A stretch of DNA of 64,000 nucleotides, taken from assembly GCA_035556435.1 (NCBI GenBank), contig DATMEY010000032.1, positions 48,720 to 112,719 of the forward strand. Direction: 5' to 3'. Numbering within the stretch: the first letter of the stretch is position 1; every line of letters begins with the position of its first letter. Positions 9,201 through 16,819 of the stretch are shown in pieces. The position numbers and the translations under genes are program-made. The DNA is from Ilumatobacter sp. Its GTDB lineage: Bacteria; Actinomycetota; Acidimicrobiia; Acidimicrobiales; Ilumatobacteraceae. The notes beneath the pieces were generated by a model. It ran no database searches, was not told the origin of the DNA, and was given only the letters and a program-made list of their open reading frames with translations.

Positions 9201-11578
9201 TGCGCCCGCGGGTTGAAGTCGGCCGCCAGGCCGGGCAGCGCCAGATGGGCACCGTCCCAGTGCTCGGTTCGGTACCGGTTGAACATCCGGTTGTACCGGC
9301 CTGCCAACGTCGTGGCCCGTTCGGGGTCGGCCCAGCACCACACCTGGAGGGCTTCGGTGAGGTTGTCGCGGCAGAGCTGCTCACGAGCTGTCGCCTCGGG
9401 ATCAACGATCGTGACCTCGTGCCCGCCGCTGGTGATCGTCTTGTGCATCGTCACGGGCTTCGCGTTGCACGCCCGGATCACCTGCTCGGCCATCGAGTAG
9501 CGGTCGGTGCGGAACTGCGCCGGCCCGAACGTCGCGTACCCGTCGTAGGACCACACACCTGTCGGCGGGTGGTACTTGACGGTGAGGTTCGGACCTCCAC
9601 CGTCGTGGTCACGCAGGAACGCCCCGATGTCGTCGGGACTCAGCCAGGTGACGCCGAACTCAGCGGTGATCTCGGCCGCGGTCAACGGGGTCGGCAACGC
9701 CTCGCGTAGCGCGTCGACGTTGCGGGCGAACCGGGCGTCTATCTCGACCGCGGCGAGCGCCTCGTCGAGCTTGCCAACGACGTCACCGGCGAGGTAGTGC
9801 GCGTTCAGCTCCCACGCCCCAGCCGGCGTGAAGAACGCGACCTCGCCGAGCTGGCGTTCCGCCTCGGCCTGGTCGACGCCGAGCTGCCCCGCGATGTAGG
9901 CCGGGTCGATCCGGTGCCAACGGGCCAGCGAGTTCGCCGCGGCCTGCTCGATCGTCGCGGCCGAGTCGGGCCACACGTTGTCGCTGACATCGATGATCGG
10001 GCGTTGCAGGATCGGCGCCGGCGTCGCGTCGCCGGTGTCGTCGTCGAAGTCCTCCAACGCCGCCACCGACCACCACGACGGGTCACTGCGGAACCCCTCC
10101 AGGCGCGGGTAGCGACGCCGGAAGCTCGACCGCTCGCCGCTGTCGTCGTCGGCCTCCTCGACGTCGCGGCCCGTCGCCTTCGTCTCGATCAGCGTGAACG
10201 CGTTGAGCGGCGGATACAGGGCGCGGTAGGCGCCGTACAGGTCGGCCAGCTCGGCGCGGCCCTCGTCGGTTGGCCCGTCGAAGTAGTCCAACACCCGGTC
10301 GCGCAGGCCGACCAACATGCGGAGCTGGTTGCGGTTCTTCGCTGCGCACGGGTGCTCGCGACCGTCGCGCGAGAACCCGGTCGCCGAGTCGGAGTCGGCC
10401 ACGATCGAGCCGACCGGCAACGCACGCCCGGTAGCGCTCCGCACGGCGGTCGGCTCGGGCGCGCCAACGGCTGGTGCCGTCCCGGTCGGTGCCCACTCGA
10501 GCCGCACGCCAGCGAGCGCGCTGGCAAGTGGAACGTGCGCCCGTTCGTCGGCGACAACGTTGAAGTTCTCGCGGCGGTACGCGCCACCAGGTGTGACCTC
10601 CCCGAGAACATGATCGGGGTGGTCGACCCAGTAGCGGTTGACGGTGGCGGTCGTTTCGTCGTCCAACGCGACCTGCGTCACGTTCAGCCACTCCGCCGGC
10701 GGACGTTCCTCGCCGGGCAGCGGACGGCGCAGCACCAACAGATCGGTCACGACGTCGGTGCCCGCTTCACGATGCGTCCGCGAGGGCAGCCGCATGGCGG
10801 CCACCAGGTCGACCTCCGCGGCGAGGCGACGCCGCCAGCGAGCGTCCTGGGAGTCGAGCGAGAACCGCGACGTGATCACCGCGGCCACGCCACCCGGTCG
10901 CAGCATCCCTACCGAGCGGGCAATCGCCAAGTTGTGCAAGCTGTCACCGTGCGGGTTGCCGATCCCCGGCTTGTGTGCCGAGAACGGCACGTTGCCCGTC
11001 ACGACGTCGTAGCCGCCGTTCGCCAGCGCCGCCTCGGAGCGGCCGAGATGCCATTCCTCGATGCGTGACTCGACCACGTTCGCTCCGGTCAACGCACCAG
11101 CGATCCGCACCGAGATCGGGTCGATGTCCACCGCATCGAACGAGAACCCGCGCGGTGCGAGGTCGATCCAGTCGCCCCGGCCGCAGCCCGGCTCGAACCC
11201 GACACCGTGGTCGACGCCGCGGTCCTCGAGCCAGTCCCACACGACCGCGATCACGTCCTCGTCGGTGTAGTAGGCGTTCAGCACCGAGCGTGCGGCGACC
11301 GCGCCGTAGCCCGGCCAGTGCTCCTCGATCCGGTCGATCGCCCGCACGCCGCGCTCGGTGCCCACCCATTGCGCCAAGCTCGTCCACGCCCGCAGCGCGG
11401 CCTTCTCGTTGGCGGTCAACGCCCGGTCAGGCAGCTCGGCCGCGAGGCGTGCCGCGTTCGTCGCCGCCCTCGCACGATCGCGAACGGTGCCGCCCGATGT
11501 CAGTCGAGGTCGTCGTCGCGGACGAGCATCGTCGGCGGCGTCGCGTACCGCGGCAACGTGTCCAGGTCGATCGCCCAC
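6281..11578 (-). CDS. Giant fused N6-adenine DNA methyltransferase / SNF2-DEAD-type helicase (DarB-like anti-restriction-type protein)
   Basis: Methyltransferase motifs GFEPGCGRGDW (AdoMet) and VVTGNVPFSAHKPG (NPPF/Y-like). Helicase motifs MAHGVGAGKTAAM (I), LVVDEAHLAKN (II), MATATPITNS (III) and EQAEGRLLRQGN (VI). The track ORF extends to 11995, but its first ~140 codons are Gly/Arg/Asp-rich and overlap a better ORF (11500..11883). The start is therefore uncertain: GTG 11578, CTG ~11504 or TTG 11419. Confidence 0.8.
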   Translation of the reverse strand: MGDRPGHVAAVRDAADDARPRRRPRLTSGGTVRDRARAATNAARLAAELPDRALTANEKAALRAWTSLAQWVGTERGVRAIDRIEEHWPGYGAVAARSVLNAYYTDEDVIAVVWDWLEDRGVDHGVGFEPGCGRGDWIDLAPRGFSFDAVDIDPISVRIAGALTGANVVESRIEEWHLGRSEAALANGGYDVVTGNVPFSAHKPGIGNPHGDSLHNLAIARSVGMLRPGGVAAVITSRFSLDSQDARWRRRLAAEVDLVAAMRLPSRTHREAGTDVVTDLLVLRRPLPGEERPPAEWLNVTQVALDDETTATVNRYWVDHPDHVLGEVTPGGAYRRENFNVVADERAHVPLASALAGVRLEWAPTGTAPAVGAPEPTAVRSATGRALPVGSIVADSDSATGFSRDGREHPCAAKNRNQLRMLVGLRDRVLDYFDGPTDEGRAELADLYGAYRALYPPLNAFTLIETKATGRDVEEADDDSGERSSFRRRYPRLEGFRSDPSWWSVAALEDFDDDTGDATPAPILQRPIIDVSDNVWPDSAATIEQAAANSLARWHRIDPAYIAGQLGVDQAEAERQLGEVAFFTPAGAWELNAHYLAGDVVGKLDEALAAVEIDARFARNVDALREALPTPLTAAEITAEFGVTWLSPDDIGAFLRDHDGGGPNLTVKYHPPTGVWSYDGYATFGPAQFRTDRYSMAEQVIRACNAKPVTMHKTITSGGHEVTIVDPEATAREQLCRDNLTEALQVWCWADPERATTLAGRYNRMFNRYRTEHWDGAHLALPGLAADFNPRAHQKDVVWRILASADRGVLMAHGVGAGKTAAMIIAAQETRRTGRIDGTALFAVPGNMVEQFARDYLRLYPAARVLTPHGSTQKDAVREFAARLATGDFDAAICSHNHLKTIPLSPEVEAATLERRLADFNSVDPDATLSRAASKRWAKQIEKEQARLEALKEAVEDSAATYFDRMNVGMLVVDEAHLAKNIRLNTARQGLPLPEGSQRAEAILARADYVRSQRGAGAVVMATATPITNSPAEMWVAARLVAPHALAEAGLEHFDAMAANFLAPVESVEHGADGKLRVVTRLGEYKNFPDLARMFRSFADVRLTSELGLQLPELHGGKAQVHVAEPTFQQMAVAAWCAERAEGRHIQRPDEGSDPVIAILSTARAAALHPATISAETCQKWATAGHQYTGFDWDEPNHKLIAAADQIAAIHHRSTGWTYPDSERAGAAQVVFCDAGVPRADGGSSVYSTLTDLLVERGVGRGDIGWVHDIADPNRRQPLWDAVRSGHTRVLIGSTAQMGVGVNIQTRLYAAHELTAPYRPDWLEQAEGRLLRQGNTHDTIEVHRYVTERTADANSWQILRRKAHFIAQAMSDPEQMTRDLRDESVASPAEEYATIAAIATGDQRHIELAALTAAVTRLERAERAHHASRSAQTNQVQHAERVIAQLGNEIAAIDQLRPEPADPQNVGRQLLALRWNQSATITLAGVPFDAHRADGLRLEIPGTRIMQRIENDRLNPADGGRGLGRSVLNTLADLGQHRSNRVRNIDSAHRQIAAERARPVPAAFARADELADCRRRRDELRTALMPAPPSDDQPVSTGADPGDDPTPAPEPTGPAHPVFGHRHVTTAERHAWAGAYQRYDHHATIHWGNRAKGHEAWAEAVNAFSLDPAVWHPDRRHDIGQFHGVSLRARIDDTTMRIEPHHPYTRLGPYPTFTTTTGGVDVAGLAVWLQTQHRHATRELDRLRGERSTMTSPRSDLARRPGPER

Positions 11579-11883
11579 GGGATGATCGCGTCGCCCCGGT
11601 ACATCGGCCCCAAGTCCTCGTCCGCCGACGTCGCCACCTGCCAGACCATCCACTCCAACGTCCGGCCCTGACGCACCACCTTCAAGAAGTGCCACTCCGT
11701 GCTCGGCCGCCACGTCTCCGCGAGGCCGATCACTTCCTCCACCAGATCGTCCAGCAGCTCCGCGTCCTCCGGCCACGGCATCATCAGCCGGTCCCTCAAA
11801 GCTGGGGAGGCGTAGAACAACACCATGTCCGCCAGCGTCTTGTTCGGCGGGAGCGACGGTGTCGAATAGGGATAGCTGCTCAT
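11500..11883 (-). CDS. Hypothetical 127-aa protein upstream of the giant methylase-helicase
   Basis: ATG at 11883 with GAGGAG ~9 nt upstream. Balanced composition: MSSYPYSTPSLPPNKTLADMVLFYASPALRDRLMMPWPEDAELLDDLVEEV...WHFLKVVRQGRTLEWMVWQV. Its stop lies at the most likely start region of the giant gene. Confidence 0.6.
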   Translation of the reverse strand: MSSYPYSTPSLPPNKTLADMVLFYASPALRDRLMMPWPEDAELLDDLVEEVIGLAETWRPSTEWHFLKVVRQGRTLEWMVWQVATSADEDLGPMYRGDAIIPWAIDLDTLPRYATPPTMLVRDDDLD

Positions 11884-12163
11884 TGGGAACCTTGCTCCTC
11901 GCCGCCCGGTTGCGGCGCGCCGTGTCCAACGACGACACACCCCGATCGTTCGCTTCATCATCATGGCCTCCACTCGGCGGACTCACGACCCGCACTCCCG
12001 TCGATCACTGTCGACAGCACGGATCACCACGCGGGAAGAAGCCATCACACCCCCTACAGGCACCCTCGGGCTGGCGTGGGGACGCACGATTCTTCGAGAA
12101 GGCCCACCAACGTACCGCCCGACCGCCTGCCGCCCGCGGACCCTTTGCGCGTCCCGCTCTCCG

Positions 12164-12853
12164 CTACCGCCAGAAGCCCTCGCGGCGCACCGGCAGTGGG
12201 CGGGCCGCGGTCGCCCGCGTCCGGGTTGGCGTCGACGCGCTCGGCCGGGTGAAGCCGAGCCCGTACATCCAACGCGTCAGCGAGTCGTTCTCATGCCACG
12301 CAGCAACCAGACCCTCGCACAACCTCAGAAACGATGCGTTCTCCGCCTCGGTCAGCGCCACACGTTCTCCGCCCTGGACCGCCCGCCGAAGCGGTGCCGC
12401 CAACACGCGCCGCTCGGACCCGAACCCGACCGCGGTCAACGCGCGGAACCGGTCGGCTGTCCCGACCAGCGCCGTCGACGTCGTGCCGACCGATCGGGCG
12501 TACTCCTCGAGGTCGTCGGCCAAGCCGCCGCGGGCGTCCGTCAGCGATGCGACCGCGGCGGCATAGTCGTCCACGGCCGCTGCCGGTACGTCGAACACTT
12601 GAACCTCAACGTGCTCCCAACGCCCATCAGGCGCATACAGCCCGATCGGCACCGCCCGCGCCAGCGCCGACCGCAACACACCGATCGCCTCCGCTCCAGC
12701 GGCGAACAGACCATCCGGGTCCAACGCCGCCGCGTCGTCGGCCGCGTCCGGCCGCAACCACAGCAACAGCTCCTCAACCGGCGCGGTCTCGTGAAGCACA
12801 TCGCCGTCGAGGTGCGGCACGATCAACGTCCGCCGGTCGCGCATCCGCATCAT
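12164..12853 (-). CDS. Hypothetical 229-aa protein translationally coupled to the PAPS-reductase-like gene
   Basis: ATG at 12853 overlaps the upstream stop (ATGA, 12853-12850). Sequence MMRMRDRRTLIVPHLDGDVLHETAPVEELLLWLRPDAADD... No motif recognised. Confidence 0.55.
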   Translation of the reverse strand: MMRMRDRRTLIVPHLDGDVLHETAPVEELLLWLRPDAADDAAALDPDGLFAAGAEAIGVLRSALARAVPIGLYAPDGRWEHVEVQVFDVPAAAVDDYAAAVASLTDARGGLADDLEEYARSVGTTSTALVGTADRFRALTAVGFGSERRVLAAPLRRAVQGGERVALTEAENASFLRLCEGLVAAWHENDSLTRWMYGLGFTRPSASTPTRTRATAARPLPVRREGFWR

Positions 12854-13836
12854 GTGAAGCACGCACCCGCTGAACAATCGAACGCCAGGGCGTCAACATC
12901 GAACAGCTCGCCCTGGCCGGAGTCAGCGATGACCTGGCGGCGAGTGCGCAGATCGGCCTCGCGGAGCGAGACGAGCGAACCGTGCAGGTACATGCTTCCG
13001 GCGAAGGCCACATTGCCGCGGGCGTTGAACCCGCCACCGTGGCGAATGCTGTCGTCAAGTTGGCACGCGCGCTCGAACAGGTCAGGGTGCTCCTCGCGTA
13101 GCGCCTGCCAACGGCCGTTGCCCTGATTCGGGCAGAACCAACATGCCGAACGCGGCGGTCTCGGGTGCCCGTGCTCGGTGAACCAGCGGATCGTGTCCTC
13201 GCGACGCATCCGCAACTCGATCAACGGCCAGCGATTGCTCTGCCACGGATCGAACCCTGCACAGTTCCCCGCGCCGCCGGCGTGCGCAGCCCGCGTCGTG
13301 CCACACCGGCACTCATCGCCTGGCTTCATCCGGCCGATCTCATCGAGCGAGAACCCGATCCATTGCTCGACCGTGGCGCGCTTCCATGCTCCTCGACCGC
13401 CACACAACGCCTTGACCTTGCGGGTCACCTGCCGACGCTTGTAGTCGTAGGAACACCGGTACTGACCGATGCGACCCTTGGAACCATCGGGATTGAGGAC
13501 GTGTACCGGCGGGGTCGGGTTGCTCGACGTCGGGACCGGTGAGAGCAGAGCCTGCTCCAAGCTGCCGGCGGTCACCACATGAAACTCGATCCCGGCGGCC
13601 TCAACGATCGGACGCAGGTAGCTCAGGTAGGCATAAGTCTCTGGGAGCTCGCCGTGTGTGTCGGCGAACACGATGTGGTCCAACAGCGGCAGGTCACCGG
13701 CCGCTGACATCAGCGCCAACGCACACGACTGAGTACCTCCTCCCAACGACAGAACTCGCAAGCACGGTTCGTCAGCGTTGCGCCCACTTGGGCTGCCGAG
13801 TGGAGACTGGTCGGAGTGTCGGGCAGGCGGTGCCAT
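12850..13836 (-). CDS. Phosphoadenosine-phosphosulfate (PAPS) reductase family protein (DndC/IbrA/BrxP-like PP-loop ATPase)
   Basis: PP-loop-like N-terminus VLSLGGGTQSCALALM, then FADTHGELPETYAYL, Cys-rich C-terminal part (CRCG...CAGF...ACWFCPNQ). This is typical of the PF01507 family found on mobile elements. Confidence 0.7.
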   Translation of the reverse strand: MAPPARHSDQSPLGSPSGRNADEPCLRVLSLGGGTQSCALALMSAAGDLPLLDHIVFADTHGELPETYAYLSYLRPIVEAAGIEFHVVTAGSLEQALLSPVPTSSNPTPPVHVLNPDGSKGRIGQYRCSYDYKRRQVTRKVKALCGGRGAWKRATVEQWIGFSLDEIGRMKPGDECRCGTTRAAHAGGAGNCAGFDPWQSNRWPLIELRMRREDTIRWFTEHGHPRPPRSACWFCPNQGNGRWQALREEHPDLFERACQLDDSIRHGGGFNARGNVAFAGSMYLHGSLVSLREADLRTRRQVIADSGQGELFDVDALAFDCSAGACFT

Positions 13837-13867
13837 CGACCGCTACAGGGCCACGGACACGCCGCTC

Positions 13868-13893
13868 GGGACGCACTCTCGGCGGTGCGTCCC
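13868..13893. promoter_or_regulatory. 9-bp-stem inverted repeat in a divergent intergenic region (candidate operator)
   Basis: GGGACGCAC-TCTCGGCG-GTGCGTCCC lies between the PAPS-reductase-like gene start (13836, minus) and the excisionase-like gene (13976, plus). Confidence 0.3.
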
Positions 13894-13975
13894 CGCACCC
13901 GCGACGGTGATTCACAGTCGAGTATGAGGGGCACCGAGACCACCGCGAAGAACCGACCGAACCCTCGGCCCACCG

Positions 13976-14233
13976 ATGAGGTACACGATGTCGACGTTTG
14001 ACAAGGACCGCATTCACGAGACGCTCACGGGCCAGCGTGGCCTGCTCATCACCGTGCCCGACGCCGCCGCCGTGCTCGGCTTGCATGAACGGACGCTCTA
14101 CACGCTCGCAGCCAACGACACGGCACCGGTCCCGGTCGTCCGGTTCGGTGCTCGTGTGGTCCGGTTCCGCCTCGCCGACCTACGTGTCTTTCTCGGGCTG
14201 GCCCCGCTCGACACTGAAGCACTCGCTTCCTGA
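13976..14233 (+). CDS. Excisionase-family / MerR-like helix-turn-helix DNA-binding protein (Xis-like)
   Basis: ITVPDAAAVLGLHERTLYTLAAN...VVRFGARVVRFRLADLRVFL matches the HTH_17/excisionase pattern. The alternative start ATG is at 13988. Confidence 0.65.
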   Translation: MRYTMSTFDKDRIHETLTGQRGLLITVPDAAAVLGLHERTLYTLAANDTAPVPVVRFGARVVRFRLADLRVFLGLAPLDTEALAS

Positions 14234-14284
14234 CCACGGAAGGCGCCGGGCGTGACGATCACCACATAGCTAGCTTCGCGTTCC

Positions 14285-14491
14285 GTGAGGACCGTCCCGC
14301 CGATCACCCGAACACGGGTCACCGACGATGAGGTCCGCGCGCGTGCGAACGCTTGGAAGGCCGCGCACCCCGGATTCGACGAACGCAACTTCCCCGACGC
14401 GTTCCGCGACGAATCCGGCGAGCTGATCGAGGACGACGAGTTCTTCGACGCGGTCGACCTGTTCGCGCTGTTCAACTCGCTACCTACGTAG
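14285..14491 (+). CDS. Hypothetical acidic 68-aa protein
   Basis: GTG-start ORF with plausible composition (MRTVPPITRTRVTDDEVRARANAWKAAHPGFDERNFPDAFRDESGELIEDDEFFDAVDLF). No homolog recognised. Confidence 0.35.
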   Translation: MRTVPPITRTRVTDDEVRARANAWKAAHPGFDERNFPDAFRDESGELIEDDEFFDAVDLFALFNSLPT

Positions 14492-14511
14492 GGCGTGCAA
14501 TCGGCGCGCTG

Positions 14512-14829
14512 CTACGGAGTCAGCCGAGATGCCCAGTAGGCTGGCGTCTGACGTTCGTGAGCGACTGCGACGACGCGAATCTCGTCGTCGGAGACCGCGT
14601 ACACCAACAGGTACGGGTAGCGCCTCAATCTCACCTGTCGGGCGAGTAGGACGCCGGCGAGGCCCACACCGGGGCACCCGCATTCGGGAAACGATTGAGC
14701 GTTTCGATCCGTGCGAACACGGCGTCGGCGAAGTGGTCACCACGTCCGCGATCGCGTTCCTCGTAGAAGCGTGCGGCCTCGGCGATCTCGTTGACCGCCT
14801 CGGGGGCCGAGACGAACTACTCGACTCAC
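14512..14829 (-). pseudogene. ParE/RelE-family toxin gene disrupted by two compensating frameshifts
   Basis: GTG at 14829 overlaps the antitoxin stop (GTGA). Frame A gives MSRVV and then nonsense with a stop at 14737. Frame B (~14816-14632) gives FVSAPEAVNEIAEAARFYEERDRGRGDHFADAVFARIETLNRFPNAGAPVWASPASYSPDR*. Frame A resumes at ~14637 with QVRLRRYPYLLVYAVSDDEIRVVAVAHERQTPAYWASRLTP*. The joined product is a typical ~105-aa ParE. Confidence 0.65.
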
Positions 14830-15071
14830 TCGACGGCGAGCGCAGCCTTGACCTGTTGCCGCGCCACCGACGGCTCGACACCTACCGACTCGCCGCTGGC
14901 AAATTGCTCGATCCGTCGCTCGACCTCGCGTGCCCACGCTTGTGCGCGTTCGGGTGAGTAGTCAGGGTCCGGACCTTCGAGGCTGGCAAACAGCTCGGCG
15001 GCGACATGGGCACGTTCGTCCTGCGACAGCGCCATCGCGCTACTGAGAACGCTGTCGACGTCGGTGCTCAT
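14826..15071 (-). CDS. Addiction-module antitoxin (TIGR02574-like component)
   Basis: Internal ATG at 15071 of track ORF 14826..15296. Sequence MSTDVDSVLSSAMALSQDERAHVAAELFASLEGPDPDYSPERAQAWAREVERRIEQFASGESVGVEPSVARQQVKAAL fits the LSxxER...W..E..RR...G pattern of this family. Confidence 0.7.
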   Translation of the reverse strand: MSTDVDSVLSSAMALSQDERAHVAAELFASLEGPDPDYSPERAQAWAREVERRIEQFASGESVGVEPSVARQQVKAALAVE

Positions 15072-15141
15072 GGCCAACGGTCTACTTCGCTGCCGCGCGG
15101 CGGTGCCTGCGATGACCCGATCACCGTCGGGACACACATTC

Positions 15142-15390
15142 TCAGTGCCGCGGGTCGCGGTCGCGCTGCCGGCGTGGAGCGACGACTGGTCCACCCGTTG
15201 ACGGCTGCTGTCGCCGCGGCGTGCTGACGAGTTCGAAGCGTCGACGCCACGCCGCGTGGTGCGCGGCGACCCACCACTGCAAGGTGTCGTCGTCAATGCC
15301 GTCGGGCCGCAAGCCTTGCTCGGCGACGACGTGACTGGCCGCTCGGTACTCCTTCACCAACCGAGCCAGCCCACGATCCAGCTCCGACAA
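15142..15390 (-). CDS. Small hypothetical ORF separated from its ATG and promoter by the IS256 insertion
   Basis: Track ORF (TTG start). After removing the IS and one target-duplication copy, the frame extends to an ATG spanning 16828-16826 (MGERPDPETAPLSELDRGLARLVKEY...). The C-terminal third is Arg/Pro-rich, so coding status is uncertain. Confidence 0.3.
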   Translation of the reverse strand: MSELDRGLARLVKEYRAASHVVAEQGLRPDGIDDDTLQWWVAAHHAAWRRRFELVSTPRRQQPSTGGPVVAPRRQRDRDPRH

Positions 15391-15422
15391 CGGCGCCGTC
15401 TCAGGATCAGGTCGCTCGCCCA

Positions 15423-16819
15423 GTATGAGTCCCGCGGCGTGGTGGGGTTCGCGTGACGCGATCCCTGGTGGTCGTCAGGTTCCGGGTTCGAGATCGGCGG
15501 TGACGACGTCGGCAGTATCGCGCGTGGCGTAGAGCTTGGCCATCGAGGCTTCCGAGAAGTAGCGGCGGGCGACGGCCCACTCGTCGTGTTGGTCGCCGAG
15601 GACGGCGCCGACGAGGCGGATCACGGCGGGGTCGTTGGGGAAGATGCCGACCACCGCGGTGCGGCGGCGGATCTCCTTGTTGAGTCGTTCGAGCGGGTTG
15701 TTCGACCAGATCTGGCGCCAGTGCTCGCGGGGGAACGCTGTGAACGCCAACACGTCGTGGCGGGCGCCGTCCATCAGCGCGGCGGCCTTGGGGAACCGCT
15801 CGGCGAGCATCACCGCGACTTCGTCCCAACGCTGGGCGACGTCGTCGGGGTCGGTGAGCGTGAAGATCGACCGGAACGCCGCGCCGACCATCTCCTGGGA
15901 GGCTTTGGGGACCGGGGCCATCAGGTTGCGGACGTAGTGGACGCGGCACCGCTGCCACGACGAGCCCTGGAGGTTCTTGCGGATCGCGGCCCGCAGGCCC
16001 TCGTGCGCGTCGCTGATGACGAGGCGCACGCCTGTCAGGCCGCGGGCCTTCAACGACCGCAGGAACGCCGTCCAGAACGTCTCGGCCTCGCTGTCGCCGA
16101 CGTCGACGCCGAGCACCTCACGCCCGCCCTGAGCGCTCACGCCGGTCGCCACCACGACCGCCCGGGACACGACCTGGCCGAGCGCGTCGTCGCGGACGTG
16201 GACGTAGATCGCATCGAGGTAGACGTACGGGAACTCGGTGTGGCCGAGCGTGCGGTTGCGGAACGCGGCGACGCGTTCGTCGAGGCCGGCGCAGATCCGG
16301 GAGACCTCGGACTTGGAGATCCCGCTGGAGGCGCCCATCGACTCGACGAGCGCGTCGACCGAGCGGGTCGACACCCCGGACACGTAGGCCTCCATCACGA
16401 CCGCGTGAAGGGCCTGGTCGATACGGCGGCGCGGCTCGAGGATCGTCGGGAAGAACGAGCCCTTACGCAGCTTCGGGATCGCCAACTCGAGATCACCGGC
16501 CTTGGTCGTCAACGTGCGCGGCCGGTGTCCGTTGCGTTCGGTCACCCGGTCAGCCGAGCGCTCATAGCGGCCGGCGCCGATCACCTGCGTGGCTTGGACT
16601 TCGATCAGTTCTTGGGCCAGGTACTCGGCCAGCTCGCGCACCAGATCGATGCCGCGATCGCGGTCGGAGAGCGCGACAAGAAGTTCGGACAGGGCAGACT
16701 CAGACAGAGCCATCGGTGTGTTCTCCTCGGTTCGTTCTTGCTGGAACACACCAAGGATCACGCCGATGGCTCACCGGCAGGTGGACCTACGAATCCCCAC
16801 CACCCCACGGGGCTCTATC
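15423..16819 (-). mobile_element. IS256-family insertion sequence (1,397 bp) with 8-bp target-site duplication
   Basis: Imperfect terminal inverted repeats: GTATGAGTCCCGCGGCGTGGTGGGGTTCG (15423-) versus the reverse complement of the right end, GATAGAGCCCCGTGGGGTGGTGGGGATTCG (-16819). Flanked by direct repeats CTCGCCCA at 15415-15422 and 16820-16827. Contains a single transposase gene. Confidence 0.9.
15475..16713 (-). CDS. IS256-family (Mutator-type) transposase
   Basis: MALSESALSELLVAL...RYERSADRVTERNGHRPRTLTTKAGDLELAIPKLRKGSFFPTILEPRRR...YLDAIYVHVR...VISDAHEGLRAAI...WQRCRVHYVRN...NPLERLNKEIRRRT is the canonical IS256 signature. ATG at 16713 with GAGGAG upstream. Confidence 0.95.
   Translation of the reverse strand: MALSESALSELLVALSDRDRGIDLVRELAEYLAQELIEVQATQVIGAGRYERSADRVTERNGHRPRTLTTKAGDLELAIPKLRKGSFFPTILEPRRRIDQALHAVVMEAYVSGVSTRSVDALVESMGASSGISKSEVSRICAGLDERVAAFRNRTLGHTEFPYVYLDAIYVHVRDDALGQVVSRAVVVATGVSAQGGREVLGVDVGDSEAETFWTAFLRSLKARGLTGVRLVISDAHEGLRAAIRKNLQGSSWQRCRVHYVRNLMAPVPKASQEMVGAAFRSIFTLTDPDDVAQRWDEVAVMLAERFPKAAALMDGARHDVLAFTAFPREHWRQIWSNNPLERLNKEIRRRTAVVGIFPNDPAVIRLVGAVLGDQHDEWAVARRYFSEASMAKLYATRDTADVVTADLEPGT

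Noticed and set aside
11579-11995. N-terminal ~140 codons of the 1,904-aa track ORF (MRVVSPPSGGHDDEAND...)
   Set aside because: Gly/Arg/Asp-rich low-complexity translation. It overlaps a better ORF (11500..11883, with RBS and balanced composition) in another frame. The conserved methyltransferase N-terminal region only begins near RDRARAATNAARLAAEL.
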